Assembly: GCA_022709385.1 (NCBI GenBank)
Contig: JAKLIX010000010.1
Span: 89,529 to 153,528 of the forward strand
Length of the DNA stretch: 64,000 nucleotides
Direction of reading: 5' to 3'
Origin: Bacteroidota bacterium
Lineage (GTDB): Bacteria; Bacteroidota; Bacteroidia; Bacteroidales; CAIXZF01
Each line of letters starts with the position of its first letter. The stretch's first letter is position 1. The position numbers and the translations under genes were made by a program. The notes below the pieces were generated by a model. The model saw only the letters and a program-made list of their open reading frames with translations. It ran no database searches and was not told the origin of the DNA. Below, piece by piece: positions 38,692 through 48,404 of this stretch.

Positions 38692-38735
38692 AATTGCTTT
38701 CGGCTTTTTTAATGTCCCGGGCTTCCGGGAAGCGG

Positions 38736-39263
38736 TCAGGATACTTTCTGCAGGGCCGGAATGTATTGCCTGGCGAAATAAAAACCGCCGAAAAATATCC
38801 CGTTGAAAAAGAGGTCGCCCAATATCCCGTTGTGAAAGAAGGGTACTGCCACGGTATAGCATTGCATCAATCCCTGAAAGTCCTGGCTGAAATTGGGATT
38901 ACCCATCCACACGGCGAAGTTGGTGATCAGGAAGAAAAGCAGGGAAGAAAGCAGGGATGCTCCGGTAAGCTGCAGGAAACCAATACGTTTGCTGATCAGT
39001 AATCCCAGTGCCACGGTCAGGACAAAACTGCCGTAAACGGCCAGGAGATATGGATGGAACCCCAGAAAGAGGTCACTGAGCAGCAATGCGGCCAGCGGAA
39101 TGAGAAAGGCAAGCCATTTTTTGGAAATATATGCTCCGCCGAACAGGGCGATGGCAGCCACAGGAGTGAAGTTGGGCCAGTGCGGGATCAGCCGGAAAAC
39201 GGCTGCCGCAACAATGACGGTGAGGATCACACTGAACCTGGGTGTAAACAGTTTGGATGTCAT
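38736..39263 (-). CDS. Polytopic membrane protein (DUF6580-like)
   Basis: Five or six TM helices. ATG 39263 is chosen because a TACTTTTG box (39285-39292) overlaps the longer start at 39287. Confidence 0.5.
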   Translation of the reverse strand: MTSKLFTPRFSVILTVIVAAAVFRLIPHWPNFTPVAAIALFGGAYISKKWLAFLIPLAALLLSDLFLGFHPYLLAVYGSFVLTVALGLLISKRIGFLQLTGASLLSSLLFFLITNFAVWMGNPNFSQDFQGLMQCYTVAVPFFHNGILGDLFFNGIFFGGFYFARQYIPALQKVS

Positions 39264-39284
39264 GGGCTTTCGATTATGCACAGG

Positions 39285-39292
39285 CAAAAGTA
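39285..39292 (-). promoter_or_regulatory. -7 box TACTTTTG
   Basis: caaaagta on the plus strand, 21 nt upstream of ATG 39263. Confidence 0.4.
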
Positions 39293-39440
39293 AGGTATTC
39301 TTTAAACAATGGAACAGGCCTTTTGCTTAATTTTTAACAGAAAATTCAACAGGCATCGGACTGGTCAGCGCTCCAAAAAAGCAATCCATTCCTTGTCAGG
39401 GTGAATCTGCGCCTTCAATGGCAGGCTGCTTACAGCAGGG

Positions 39441-40745
39441 TTATTTCTTCCTGAAATAGATGGTCAGCGGTACGCCGTGGAAATTAAACCTGCTTCGCAA
39501 CTGGTTTTCCAGGAAGCGCTGGTAGGAGTCTTTGATATATTGCGGCAGGTTGCAAAAGAATACGAAGGCGGGGTAGGCGAGGGGCAGCTGGGTGATGTAT
39601 TTGATCTGGATTGTCTTTCCTTTGGTGATGGGTGGCGGATTGGCCTTAATGACCGGCAGCAGCACCTCGTTCAGCTGGGAAGTGGGTACCCTGCGACCCC
39701 GGTTCTCCGCAATCTGTTTCACCAGTTCCAGCGCCTTGATGATCCTTTGCTTTTTCACCACAGAAGTAAAGATGATGGGATAATCCTGGAAAGGTGCGGT
39801 TTTTTCCCGGATAAACGCTTCAAAATGCCTGGTACTGTGCTGGTCTTTCTCTACCAGGTCCCATTTGTTGACAAGCATGATCATGCCTTTGTGGTTCTTC
39901 TCGATCAGGTGGAGGATGCTCAGATCTTGTGCCTCGAATCCGCTTTCGGCATCGATCATCAACAGGCAGATGTCCGCATTCTCAATCGCCCTGATCGATC
40001 GCATCACGGAATAAAACTCAATATCATCCTTCACTTTGCCTTTTTTCCTCAGTCCGGCGGTATCCACCAGCAGCAGTTCCAGGCCGAAACCCTTGAAAGG
40101 GGTGAAAACGGCATCCCTTGTCGTACCCGGTACCGGTGTGACAATAGCCCTGTCCTGCCCCAGCAGGGAGTTGATCAGGGATGATTTGCCCACATTGGGT
40201 CGCCCTACCACCGCCACCCGCGGAAGATCGGGAAGGTCTTCCTCCTGCGGCCGGCTGAAATTGCCGACGAGCGCATCCAGCAGTTCTCCCGTACCGCTGC
40301 CGTTCACTGCCGAAATCCCGAATACCTCCGTCATCCCAAGCCGGTAGAATTCGCCGATACCCTCCAGTTTAATCGGAGTATCTACTTTATTAACAACAAG
40401 ATATGCTTTTTTGCCTGATTTTCTCAGCAGGCTGGCCACGTCTTCATCCATGGGGGTAAGCCCCTCGGTCAGATCGACCATGAACAGGATCAGGTCTGAT
40501 TCTTCGATGGCCAGTTGGACCTGCTTTTTGATTTCGAGTTCGAATACATCACCCGAGTCGTGCACATAGCCTCCGGTGTCTATCACCGAAAAGGGAATGC
40601 CGTTCCAGTCGGAAGTGCCATAGTGCCGGTCCCTGGTCACCCCGCTGACGGGATCCACAATGGCTTCTCTCATTCCTGTCAGGCGGTTGAAGAAGGTCGA
40701 TTTTCCGACATTCGGACGGCCTACGATGGCTACGATATTTGACAT
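39441..40745 (-). CDS. der: Ribosome-associated GTPase Der (EngA), double G-domain
   Basis: Two GRPNVGKS P-loops, DTGG/DTAG, NKVD/NKWD and a KH-like C-terminus. Confidence 0.9.
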   Translation of the reverse strand: MSNIVAIVGRPNVGKSTFFNRLTGMREAIVDPVSGVTRDRHYGTSDWNGIPFSVIDTGGYVHDSGDVFELEIKKQVQLAIEESDLILFMVDLTEGLTPMDEDVASLLRKSGKKAYLVVNKVDTPIKLEGIGEFYRLGMTEVFGISAVNGSGTGELLDALVGNFSRPQEEDLPDLPRVAVVGRPNVGKSSLINSLLGQDRAIVTPVPGTTRDAVFTPFKGFGLELLLVDTAGLRKKGKVKDDIEFYSVMRSIRAIENADICLLMIDAESGFEAQDLSILHLIEKNHKGMIMLVNKWDLVEKDQHSTRHFEAFIREKTAPFQDYPIIFTSVVKKQRIIKALELVKQIAENRGRRVPTSQLNEVLLPVIKANPPPITKGKTIQIKYITQLPLAYPAFVFFCNLPQYIKDSYQRFLENQLRSRFNFHGVPLTIYFRKK

Positions 40746-40754
40746 GTTCCTGTA

Positions 40755-41633
40755 TTACAATTGGTAGCCGAAACGTTTCAGCATCAGTTCATTATCCCGC
40801 CAGTCGCGGCTGACTTTCACAAACAGTTCCAGAAAGACATGCCGGCCGGTAAAGGATTCGATTTTTTTTCTGGAAGTGATCCCCAGCCTGCGGATGGCCT
40901 TTCCGCCTTCACCGATCAGGATTACTTTCTGGGTTTCCCTTGCCACGTGGATTACCGCCCTGATATGCAGGGTATGTCCTTCTTCCCTGAATTCCTCCAC
41001 TACCACTTCTACGCTGTAAGGCACTTCCCTGTGGTATTGTTCCAGGATGCAGGCCCTGATGATCTCTGAAGTGAGGAAGCGCTCCGAACGGTCGGTCAGG
41101 TCTTCTTTGTTGAAATAGGGAGGATGTTCCGGCAGCCACTCCAGAATGTGTTGCAGTACGGCTTCAATATTGAAAGCGTGCAGGGCGGAAACGGGGATGA
41201 CGGCGGCGGAAGGAAGGAGTTTTTGCCATTCGCCGATACCCGCAAGAATGGCTTCCTGGCTTGCCAGGTCAATCTTGTTCAGGATGACCACGCAGGGGAT
41301 ACCGGAATCCCTGAGATGTGACAGGATGGAGGGATGATCGAATCCCTCGGCGGGGTCGATCACCAGCAGGTAGATATCGGCATCTTCCAGGGCCGATTCA
41401 AACTCCCTGCGCATGGACTTTTGCAGGGCATACTTCGGCTCGAGGATGCCGGGAGTGTCGGAAAATACGATCTGGTAATCATCCGTGTTCAGCATGCCGA
41501 GGATACGATGCCTGGTAGTCTGGGCCTTGGACGTGATCACGGCAAGCTTCTCCCCGAGCAGGCAGTTCAGCAGCGAAGATTTTCCTGCGTTTGGATTACC
41601 GATGATATTGACAAATCCGGCCCTGTGTGTCAT
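40755..41633 (-). CDS. era: GTPase Era
   Basis: GNPNAGKSSLLN, DTPG, NKID and a C-terminal KH domain (VEEFRE...IGEGGKAIRRLG). Confidence 0.9.
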   Translation of the reverse strand: MTHRAGFVNIIGNPNAGKSSLLNCLLGEKLAVITSKAQTTRHRILGMLNTDDYQIVFSDTPGILEPKYALQKSMRREFESALEDADIYLLVIDPAEGFDHPSILSHLRDSGIPCVVILNKIDLASQEAILAGIGEWQKLLPSAAVIPVSALHAFNIEAVLQHILEWLPEHPPYFNKEDLTDRSERFLTSEIIRACILEQYHREVPYSVEVVVEEFREEGHTLHIRAVIHVARETQKVILIGEGGKAIRRLGITSRKKIESFTGRHVFLELFVKVSRDWRDNELMLKRFGYQL

Positions 41634-41980
41634 TTTATACGAAACTCATTTATTTTACAAAGAAACAAAATATGCCGGTACCATCCAACATCGCATGTCT
41701 GGCTCAATATCAACATGATACGGACACGCCCCCGGAAGCATCCTCACGCTCGCACCCGCTCTCACGCTGATCCAGCCCGGCGGACTGAGAGAAAAAAAAG
41801 GTAAAAGGTAAAAAATTGAGGGTACAAGACACGTGCACACGCAAACGCCACCTCCCTACGACACTGGTAAATCAACCAACTGATTCCCCGTAATCACATT
41901 TGACCCCTGCGGGGTCATGAAATCAACCGGGCATTCCTGCTATAAACATATGACCCCTCCGGGGTCGCGGGATTTTAAAG

Positions 41981-42200
41981 CAGCTTATGCGACCGGAAGT
42001 TACTCTGCTCTCATTCTCATTCTCGCTCCCGCTCTCACGCTCACACTGCTCCAGCCCCGCGGCCTGAGCGAAAAGAAAAATAAACAGGGTTCCGTTGGCA
42101 ATCTGGTGTGGCAATCCGAAGGCCATTTTCAGTGTGCTGGTGTGAAAATGTGTTCATGTGTTGATTTGCTGATGATAGTGTGCTGGTATATCGTTTGGAA
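41981..42200 (+). repeat. Left flanking copy of the composite repeat that brackets the toxin island
   Basis: ccggaagttact...(ctcatt)n...ccccgcggcctgagcgaaaag...gtggcaatccgaaggccattttcag...gtgttgatttgctgatgatagtgtgctggtatatcgtttgg aligns in direct orientation with 59366-59600. Confidence 0.65.
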
Positions 42201-42471
42201 GAAGATTTCATAATCGCTGCATTAACAGGCATTATAAACCAACAGATATACAAAAGTGCAGTTAATATAAAGAAGCAATTACATTTTGATCAGTTAGAAA
42301 GAATGATTTGTTAATAACCCTGTTAATAAGTCGATATAGAATAGGTGGGACATTTCGAGATTCATGATATAAATAATTGGACAAGCACCTCATTAACGCA
42401 ACATAAGATTCTTATCCACTAATCTGGTTTGAAACTTGACATGTTTTTCTAAATAAATGAATCAATATTAA

Positions 42472-45400
42472 ATGAGAATCAAACATTTTATTCTAATTGC
42501 ACTTGCCACAATATATGGCACACTGCATGGGCAAATAATTGGTGAAGAGAATGATCCTCTTTATTCAGCACCTATCTTACCGCCCTCTCCCACTGCGAGT
42601 GAATTGGGTAAATATGGACAAATTCCAATCGGACTTTTCACTGGAACACCAGATATCAAAATCCCCCTTTTTACCCTAGAAGGTAAGAATTTAAATTTGC
42701 CTATTTCTCTCAGTTATAACTGCAACGGTGTGAAAGTAGACCAGATAGCTTCCTGGGTTGGAATGGGCTGGTCCTTGAATGCGGGTGGTGTTATAACAAG
42801 AGTGGTGCGGGACGAACCCGACGATCTTGAAGAGCGAAATATGAGAGATGACTTTGAACCCATTACTGAAGAATTACTTGAGTACATGCAGGCAACCTTT
42901 ACGAATTCAAGTATATACGACACAGAACCAGATCTTTTTTGTTTTAATTTTTGTGGATTTTCAGGAAAGTTCGTTTTAGATAATGAACTGAAGCCTGTTC
43001 AGATTCCACATTCAAATCTAATTATTGAAACAAATAACCTTGAAACAGGAGAACTTACTGACATTGTCATCATCGGGCCAGATGGCGTTAAATATTACTT
43101 TGGCGGGATTTACACTGAAAAGTCAAAAACACTACAATCCGGAGGAGCAATGTGCGGTAAAAACTATAGTGAATTAGTAAATACTGCCTGGTATCTCTAT
43201 AAAATTGAAAATATTTACAGTGAAAAAATCCTGTTAACCTATTCATCTAATCAGTATTCCACGTACACCGGAATTTCACAAACCATTCGGATTAACTATG
43301 GTAATGAGAACGTTCCTGATGGTTGTCCTGATCAATTCAGCACCGGAACATGTTACTCCCTTTTGTCCGTATTATCATATCATTTAACGAATATCAGTTC
43401 CGATTTTGGCGGTACGGTGGATTTTATAAGCTCAAATGACAGACAGGATATGAGTACCCCAGGTGATGCCAAATTAAACGAAATCATATACAAAGATAGT
43501 CAGGGGAATGTCATGGCCTCGGATTCTCTTATCTATACCTACTCATCAGCAAGCGGTCAGGTTCATGGTGATCTTGAACATCTCCGGAAAAGACTTTTCC
43601 TGACGCAGGTAATAACCAGGGATGAAAATAAGAATACTGAGATGAAGCATCTTTTATATTATAATAACATTGACGGATTGCCACCCAGGCTATCATTTTC
43701 TCAGGATCATTGGGGATATTATAATGGACAGGAGAATACTATATTTGTCCCACATGTTGATGATTGGGAAAGTCTGTTCGGACTTTCGGGTGTTGGTGGC
43801 GGTAACAGAGAACCTTTTGACCCATACAGTAAATACGGGCTTCTTTCGTCAATCATTTACCCAACTGGCGGCCATACTGATTTTGAATATGAACCGAATA
43901 CTGTTTTTGACGATGTTACCATTTATCCTCCACATAGCATTGATTATGCAGATATAAACGGATTGCATGAACCCAATTACGAATCCATTACGGTACTTAA
44001 TCAACTTAGTCAGAAATTCGACATCAAGGTCGGAGTTACATCGACAGAACCGCCACCAGGTCTGCCACATGATCACAAAGGCCAGTTTATTTTATTTGAC
44101 AACACAACATCAACCACCATTTTGAACTGCTATATATCATTTAACAATCCAAATCTAATATTCAAACCTGAATTAGAGGAAAATCACAGTTATACTTTTA
44201 CTATCTATGCCTTTGGTGATGGTACAACCACTAACCTAACAATTAAATACTACACTTCAGCACCCATGGTAAATCAGACTAATGTTCTGAGTGGAGGCTG
44301 CCGCGTCAAGAAGGTGACATCAGTAGCTTCAATTGATTCAGAACCGGTTATTCTTCGATACTTCTATAACAAGCTTTCAAATATGGAAGAATCCTCCGGT
44401 GTTAGCTGCATACCACCTGTTTACTTTTTCAATAACCAGGTTCAGATTAGAACACCAACCTCGGGATCAATCCCTTGCCTTTCCGGAACTTGCTATTATG
44501 TAACCAAGACATCCAACAGTATACATCCTCTTTATAACTATTGTAATAACACAACTGTTTATGAGTGGGTAACTGTTTCTCAGGGGGAAAATTTTGAAAA
44601 TGGAGGTGAGGAACATCAATACCTCATTACAGAAGATCAGGCTGGCCAGCAAATTGCCGGATTCCAGATGATTCCAAACGCACTTAGATCTAATAACAGT
44701 TGGCAGTCAGGTGAAGAAAAATACTATCGCATTTTTTCAAAATCTTCGACCGGAGAATTTATTACACTGACGGAAACCAACAATTTCTTTTCAATAGACA
44801 ACAGTAACAACAATAGTTTATTTGGGCTTGTTGGCAGACAGATATCACCTTATCCCCCTTGTTATGATATGAACGCATATTATTTGCTTTTCAATTTCTA
44901 TGATTTGATCAAGTATGAAATTTTTTCTCAATGGAAATATCTAAGTTATTCTGTTACAAAAAAATATGATCAGAACGGATTAAATCCCATTGTTGATACA
45001 TTACAATTCTTCTATGAAAATCCCCTTCATTGTAACCTCTCAAAAAAGATTCAGCCCAAATCAGGCCATGGCAGATTTATTCAGACTTACAAATACCCTC
45101 TTGATTTTATCTGTCCCGAGAGCCCTGTTGATCCTGTTGTTTCAGGAGTTAAACAATTGCAGGATCATAACCTTATAAATACTGTCCTGGAACGTTCAAA
45201 CTGGATTATTTCCCCAAACAGCGCAGAATCCAGATTGGTTAACAGTGAGATGATTAAATATATTCCTTCCTCATCAGGCATTCCTTTCGCTTCGGAGGTG
45301 TTTCAGTTAGAAATCAACGAACCTATAACGGATTTCAGTCCCATAAGTATTGATAACGGTACCTTTATTCATGATTTCCGATATGTGAATTCAATTACCC

Positions 45401-46143
45401 TGAACGAATATGATGCCGATGGTAACATTTTGGAGCTTTTTGACAGGACTGAAGGATATAAATCCTTCAAATGGAACCCTAATTCGAAACGACTGGAAGC
45501 GGTCGTTCAGAATGCACGTAACAATGCGTGCAGTTACACTGGATTCGAAGTGCAACAGACCAATAACTGGAACAGCTACCTGGATGCAGGAAACAGCATT
45601 GAATATAACATAAGTCATGTGCATTCGGGATTGTCCTCACTGAAAGTAAACTCCGCAACTGGTGCAGTTCATGATTTTCATATCTCATCAGATATTGTCG
45701 GTAATCATCCGGGTTTCAAGGCTTCAGTCTGGGTAAAGGGCAACAACTATGCCTATATAAATATTGAAGTAAAAGATAATCATGCCGCAACCTTCAGACG
45801 GAAATACAATTTCGGCAGCGAAAATGAATGGCACCTTCTGGAGATTGAATTGCCAAGAGAGGTACTGATACTCCACCAGTATAATCTTTGGATACGGGTA
45901 TATGCAGGAAATGACGGAGGGAGTGCCGTTTATCTTGATGATATCCGTTTCCTGCCAATAGATGCTGAAATGGTGACCTATTCATTTGACTATATGGGAA
46001 GAATCATTTCAAGGACAGATGAAAGGAATTTCCCATCTTATTATGAATATGACGCCATGGGTCGTTTAAACATCATCAGAGATCACCTGGGTAACATTGT
46101 CAAAAAGCATAACTATAACTTTAAGGAAATCAGCAATTATTGA
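42472..46143 (+). CDS. 1223-aa secreted protein: SpvB/TcB-N-terminal-like motif, long unassigned middle, two YD-type repeats at the C-terminus
   Basis: Signal peptide MRIKHFILIALATIYGTLHGQ. Residues about 40-115 read GLFTGTPDIKIPLFTLEGKNLNLPISLSYNCNG...SWVGMGWSLNAGGVITRVVRDEPDD, resembling the SpvB-domain start of TcB proteins. The C-terminal end reads YSFDYMGRIISRTDERNFPSYYEYDAMGRLNIIRDHLGN. Confidence 0.6.
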   Translation: MRIKHFILIALATIYGTLHGQIIGEENDPLYSAPILPPSPTASELGKYGQIPIGLFTGTPDIKIPLFTLEGKNLNLPISLSYNCNGVKVDQIASWVGMGWSLNAGGVITRVVRDEPDDLEERNMRDDFEPITEELLEYMQATFTNSSIYDTEPDLFCFNFCGFSGKFVLDNELKPVQIPHSNLIIETNNLETGELTDIVIIGPDGVKYYFGGIYTEKSKTLQSGGAMCGKNYSELVNTAWYLYKIENIYSEKILLTYSSNQYSTYTGISQTIRINYGNENVPDGCPDQFSTGTCYSLLSVLSYHLTNISSDFGGTVDFISSNDRQDMSTPGDAKLNEIIYKDSQGNVMASDSLIYTYSSASGQVHGDLEHLRKRLFLTQVITRDENKNTEMKHLLYYNNIDGLPPRLSFSQDHWGYYNGQENTIFVPHVDDWESLFGLSGVGGGNREPFDPYSKYGLLSSIIYPTGGHTDFEYEPNTVFDDVTIYPPHSIDYADINGLHEPNYESITVLNQLSQKFDIKVGVTSTEPPPGLPHDHKGQFILFDNTTSTTILNCYISFNNPNLIFKPELEENHSYTFTIYAFGDGTTTNLTIKYYTSAPMVNQTNVLSGGCRVKKVTSVASIDSEPVILRYFYNKLSNMEESSGVSCIPPVYFFNNQVQIRTPTSGSIPCLSGTCYYVTKTSNSIHPLYNYCNNTTVYEWVTVSQGENFENGGEEHQYLITEDQAGQQIAGFQMIPNALRSNNSWQSGEEKYYRIFSKSSTGEFITLTETNNFFSIDNSNNNSLFGLVGRQISPYPPCYDMNAYYLLFNFYDLIKYEIFSQWKYLSYSVTKKYDQNGLNPIVDTLQFFYENPLHCNLSKKIQPKSGHGRFIQTYKYPLDFICPESPVDPVVSGVKQLQDHNLINTVLERSNWIISPNSAESRLVNSEMIKYIPSSSGIPFASEVFQLEINEPITDFSPISIDNGTFIHDFRYVNSITLNEYDADGNILELFDRTEGYKSFKWNPNSKRLEAVVQNARNNACSYTGFEVQQTNNWNSYLDAGNSIEYNISHVHSGLSSLKVNSATGAVHDFHISSDIVGNHPGFKASVWVKGNNYAYINIEVKDNHAATFRRKYNFGSENEWHLLEIELPREVLILHQYNLWIRVYAGNDGGSAVYLDDIRFLPIDAEMVTYSFDYMGRIISRTDERNFPSYYEYDAMGRLNIIRDHLGNIVKKHNYNFKEISNY

Positions 46144-46261
46144 TAACCCCATTAAATGACAATGTTTGACAGACTGCAACAGTAAATGATCATAAACCTT
46201 GACATTCTCCAGCATGAAACGGGACATCCATGTGACCATTGAAATCTAAAATTATGAACAA

Positions 46262-48370
46262 ATGAAAAAATTAAAGTTCCTTATTATCTGCTTATTAGCA
46301 CTTTATCCACCCTCTGCTATGGCACAATATTATTCATTAAAATGGAACAGAACCATTGGCAATCCGGGATGGGAACTGGTAAGCACAGCAGTAAGTGATA
46401 CCAGTCGCAATTTTTACATTGCAGGCAGCACGTGCAATAAAGCATTATCGGACCAATTATTAACCACCGCACTCCATAACCGTCAGGCCTTCATCCTTAA
46501 AACAGATTCATCCGGTTTGCATGTCTGGATAAAGTATCTTGGTGACAAGGCTAACTGTGACATTCATTCGATGCAATATAATGATAACACAATATACGTT
46601 TCAGGAGGCTTCTCCGATACCTTGGTTATCGATGGTTTTCGGATATCCGCTTCCGGCAGAAGGGGACTCTTCATTGCAGCATTTTCAACTGACGGTACTA
46701 CAAAATGGTTAACAAAACTGGAATATGACTCCTTTAAACCACTCAGATCGAATCTTTGCATTTCTCCTGACGGGAAAGAAATGTACATTATAGTTACTTT
46801 CTCAGGAGATATTATTCGTGTACCTCGGAAGAAAAATCCTGACAATCAGGTGAAACTTGCAGTTTTTAAGCTTAGTACTGAAGGACTTCATTCAGATTAC
46901 TTTATATGCGGTTCTGACAAAGAGATTGTGGGAACTTCATTGCTTCTGAATCAAAATAAACTTTTCCTTGCAGGTCGTTTTAAGGGTGAAATAAGCTTCA
47001 ACGATAAACTGATACAATCAGCTGGCGGGTATGATGCCTATATTGCTGTTCTTACGGATAGCCTGAAACCTGTGAGAATTTCAACATATGGCAGTTTCCT
47101 GGATGATGAGGTCTCAAACCTTATTTCGGATTGCAACAATGATATTATCGCAGCAGGTTCATTTATGGAAAGCGTTTGGTTTAATCCGCAGATTACTACT
47201 GCAAAGGGATGTAAAGATGTTTTCCTCTTAAAAGCTGATTCAGCATTAGCGATCCATTGGGTTAAGCAAATATCCGGCAAGGGTAATGAACAGGTTTATT
47301 CAATTGGATGCGGAAATAACGGAGATATAATTGTTTCAGGCAGTCATTCTCAGGACTGCATTTTTAATATCCACGATGTGGCAAAAGATATCCCTAAATC
47401 TGAAAGTGGCTTTAATAATGCATTTCTTGCCATTTTCAGCAGCCAGGGAGTTTTCCTGTCCTCAGTCCATTTCCCCGGAACATCGGAAACAACCTGTAAG
47501 GCAGTACTTACTGAAAGCAACAACGATCTTTATTGCATAGGAAATTTCACCGGTCAGATATCAGTTCCATCGTATGACAAAAAGACTACATCATCCAGGT
47601 ATCATACCAAAGGTGATCAGGACATTTTTATGGCATGTTACGGATACAATTGTGACAACATTAACCTGAATCTCAATAACGACAGCATATTGTGCATAAA
47701 CAAATTCTTGACCATTGATGCAGGGCCGGATTATGTAAACTATCAATGGCTGCCTTCAGGTAATGATACTCGTTTTGAATATATAAATCAACCTGGCTGG
47801 TACTCAGTAACAGTCAAAGACACTTTTGGCTGTATTGCAAAGGACAGCATTCGGATAAAACTGTCAGAATATCCTTTGGTATATGCCGGACAAGATACCT
47901 CCATTGCTCGCGGCAAAGAATATCTGTGCAGATCTGCTTTCACAAAAAATACGACCGGTTATTACTGGACTACGCAGGGTAATGGTACATTCGATGATTA
48001 CTCCAAACTGCATCCCATGTATTATCCTTCATGGAGTGACTTGCTTGGAGACCGGATAATATTGGAACTGCATGGATCAAACGATTGTGGTGATCATGTA
48101 GATAATATTACTATTGATCTTCTTGATGAAGGAATTGTAACTGTCAGTCCAAATCCAACTACCGGAATGATAACAATTTTAACAAATCAAGACAATAATA
48201 CATTCGGGTTTGTAGATATTTTAACCGGTGAAGGAACGCTGCTGAAACGATTGACATCATCTGAGTTATCATCCTTAAGTGTTGACCTTTCAAAATATCC
48301 TTCTGGTACTTACCTTATAAGATATTTTGATAACGAGGGTTCAGGAGTATTCCGCATTACAAAACTGTAA
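46262..48370 (+). CDS. Secreted beta-propeller-like (SBBP-type repeat) protein with T9SS C-terminal sorting domain
   Basis: Signal peptide. Repeated pattern ...FYIAGS...AFILKTDSSGLHVW / IYVSGGF...LFIAAFSTDGTTKW / LFLAGRF...DAYIAVL. The C-terminus VSPNPTTGMITIL...YPSGTYLIRYFDNEGSGVFRITKL fits a Por/T9SS type-A CTD. Confidence 0.65.
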   Translation: MKKLKFLIICLLALYPPSAMAQYYSLKWNRTIGNPGWELVSTAVSDTSRNFYIAGSTCNKALSDQLLTTALHNRQAFILKTDSSGLHVWIKYLGDKANCDIHSMQYNDNTIYVSGGFSDTLVIDGFRISASGRRGLFIAAFSTDGTTKWLTKLEYDSFKPLRSNLCISPDGKEMYIIVTFSGDIIRVPRKKNPDNQVKLAVFKLSTEGLHSDYFICGSDKEIVGTSLLLNQNKLFLAGRFKGEISFNDKLIQSAGGYDAYIAVLTDSLKPVRISTYGSFLDDEVSNLISDCNNDIIAAGSFMESVWFNPQITTAKGCKDVFLLKADSALAIHWVKQISGKGNEQVYSIGCGNNGDIIVSGSHSQDCIFNIHDVAKDIPKSESGFNNAFLAIFSSQGVFLSSVHFPGTSETTCKAVLTESNNDLYCIGNFTGQISVPSYDKKTTSSRYHTKGDQDIFMACYGYNCDNINLNLNNDSILCINKFLTIDAGPDYVNYQWLPSGNDTRFEYINQPGWYSVTVKDTFGCIAKDSIRIKLSEYPLVYAGQDTSIARGKEYLCRSAFTKNTTGYYWTTQGNGTFDDYSKLHPMYYPSWSDLLGDRIILELHGSNDCGDHVDNITIDLLDEGIVTVSPNPTTGMITILTNQDNNTFGFVDILTGEGTLLKRLTSSELSSLSVDLSKYPSGTYLIRYFDNEGSGVFRITKL

Positions 48371-48404
48371 TTGTTTTTTATTTTGATTGAACAATCTGTA
48401 ATCT

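Noticed and set aside
41917-42253. ORFs inside repeat blocks (41917-42213, 41923-42126, 42041-42253; also 2016-2201, 54331-54941, 59554-60062)
   Set aside because: They lie entirely in dispersed non-coding repeat modules and occur in both orientations at different loci. Their frames are not conserved between copies.
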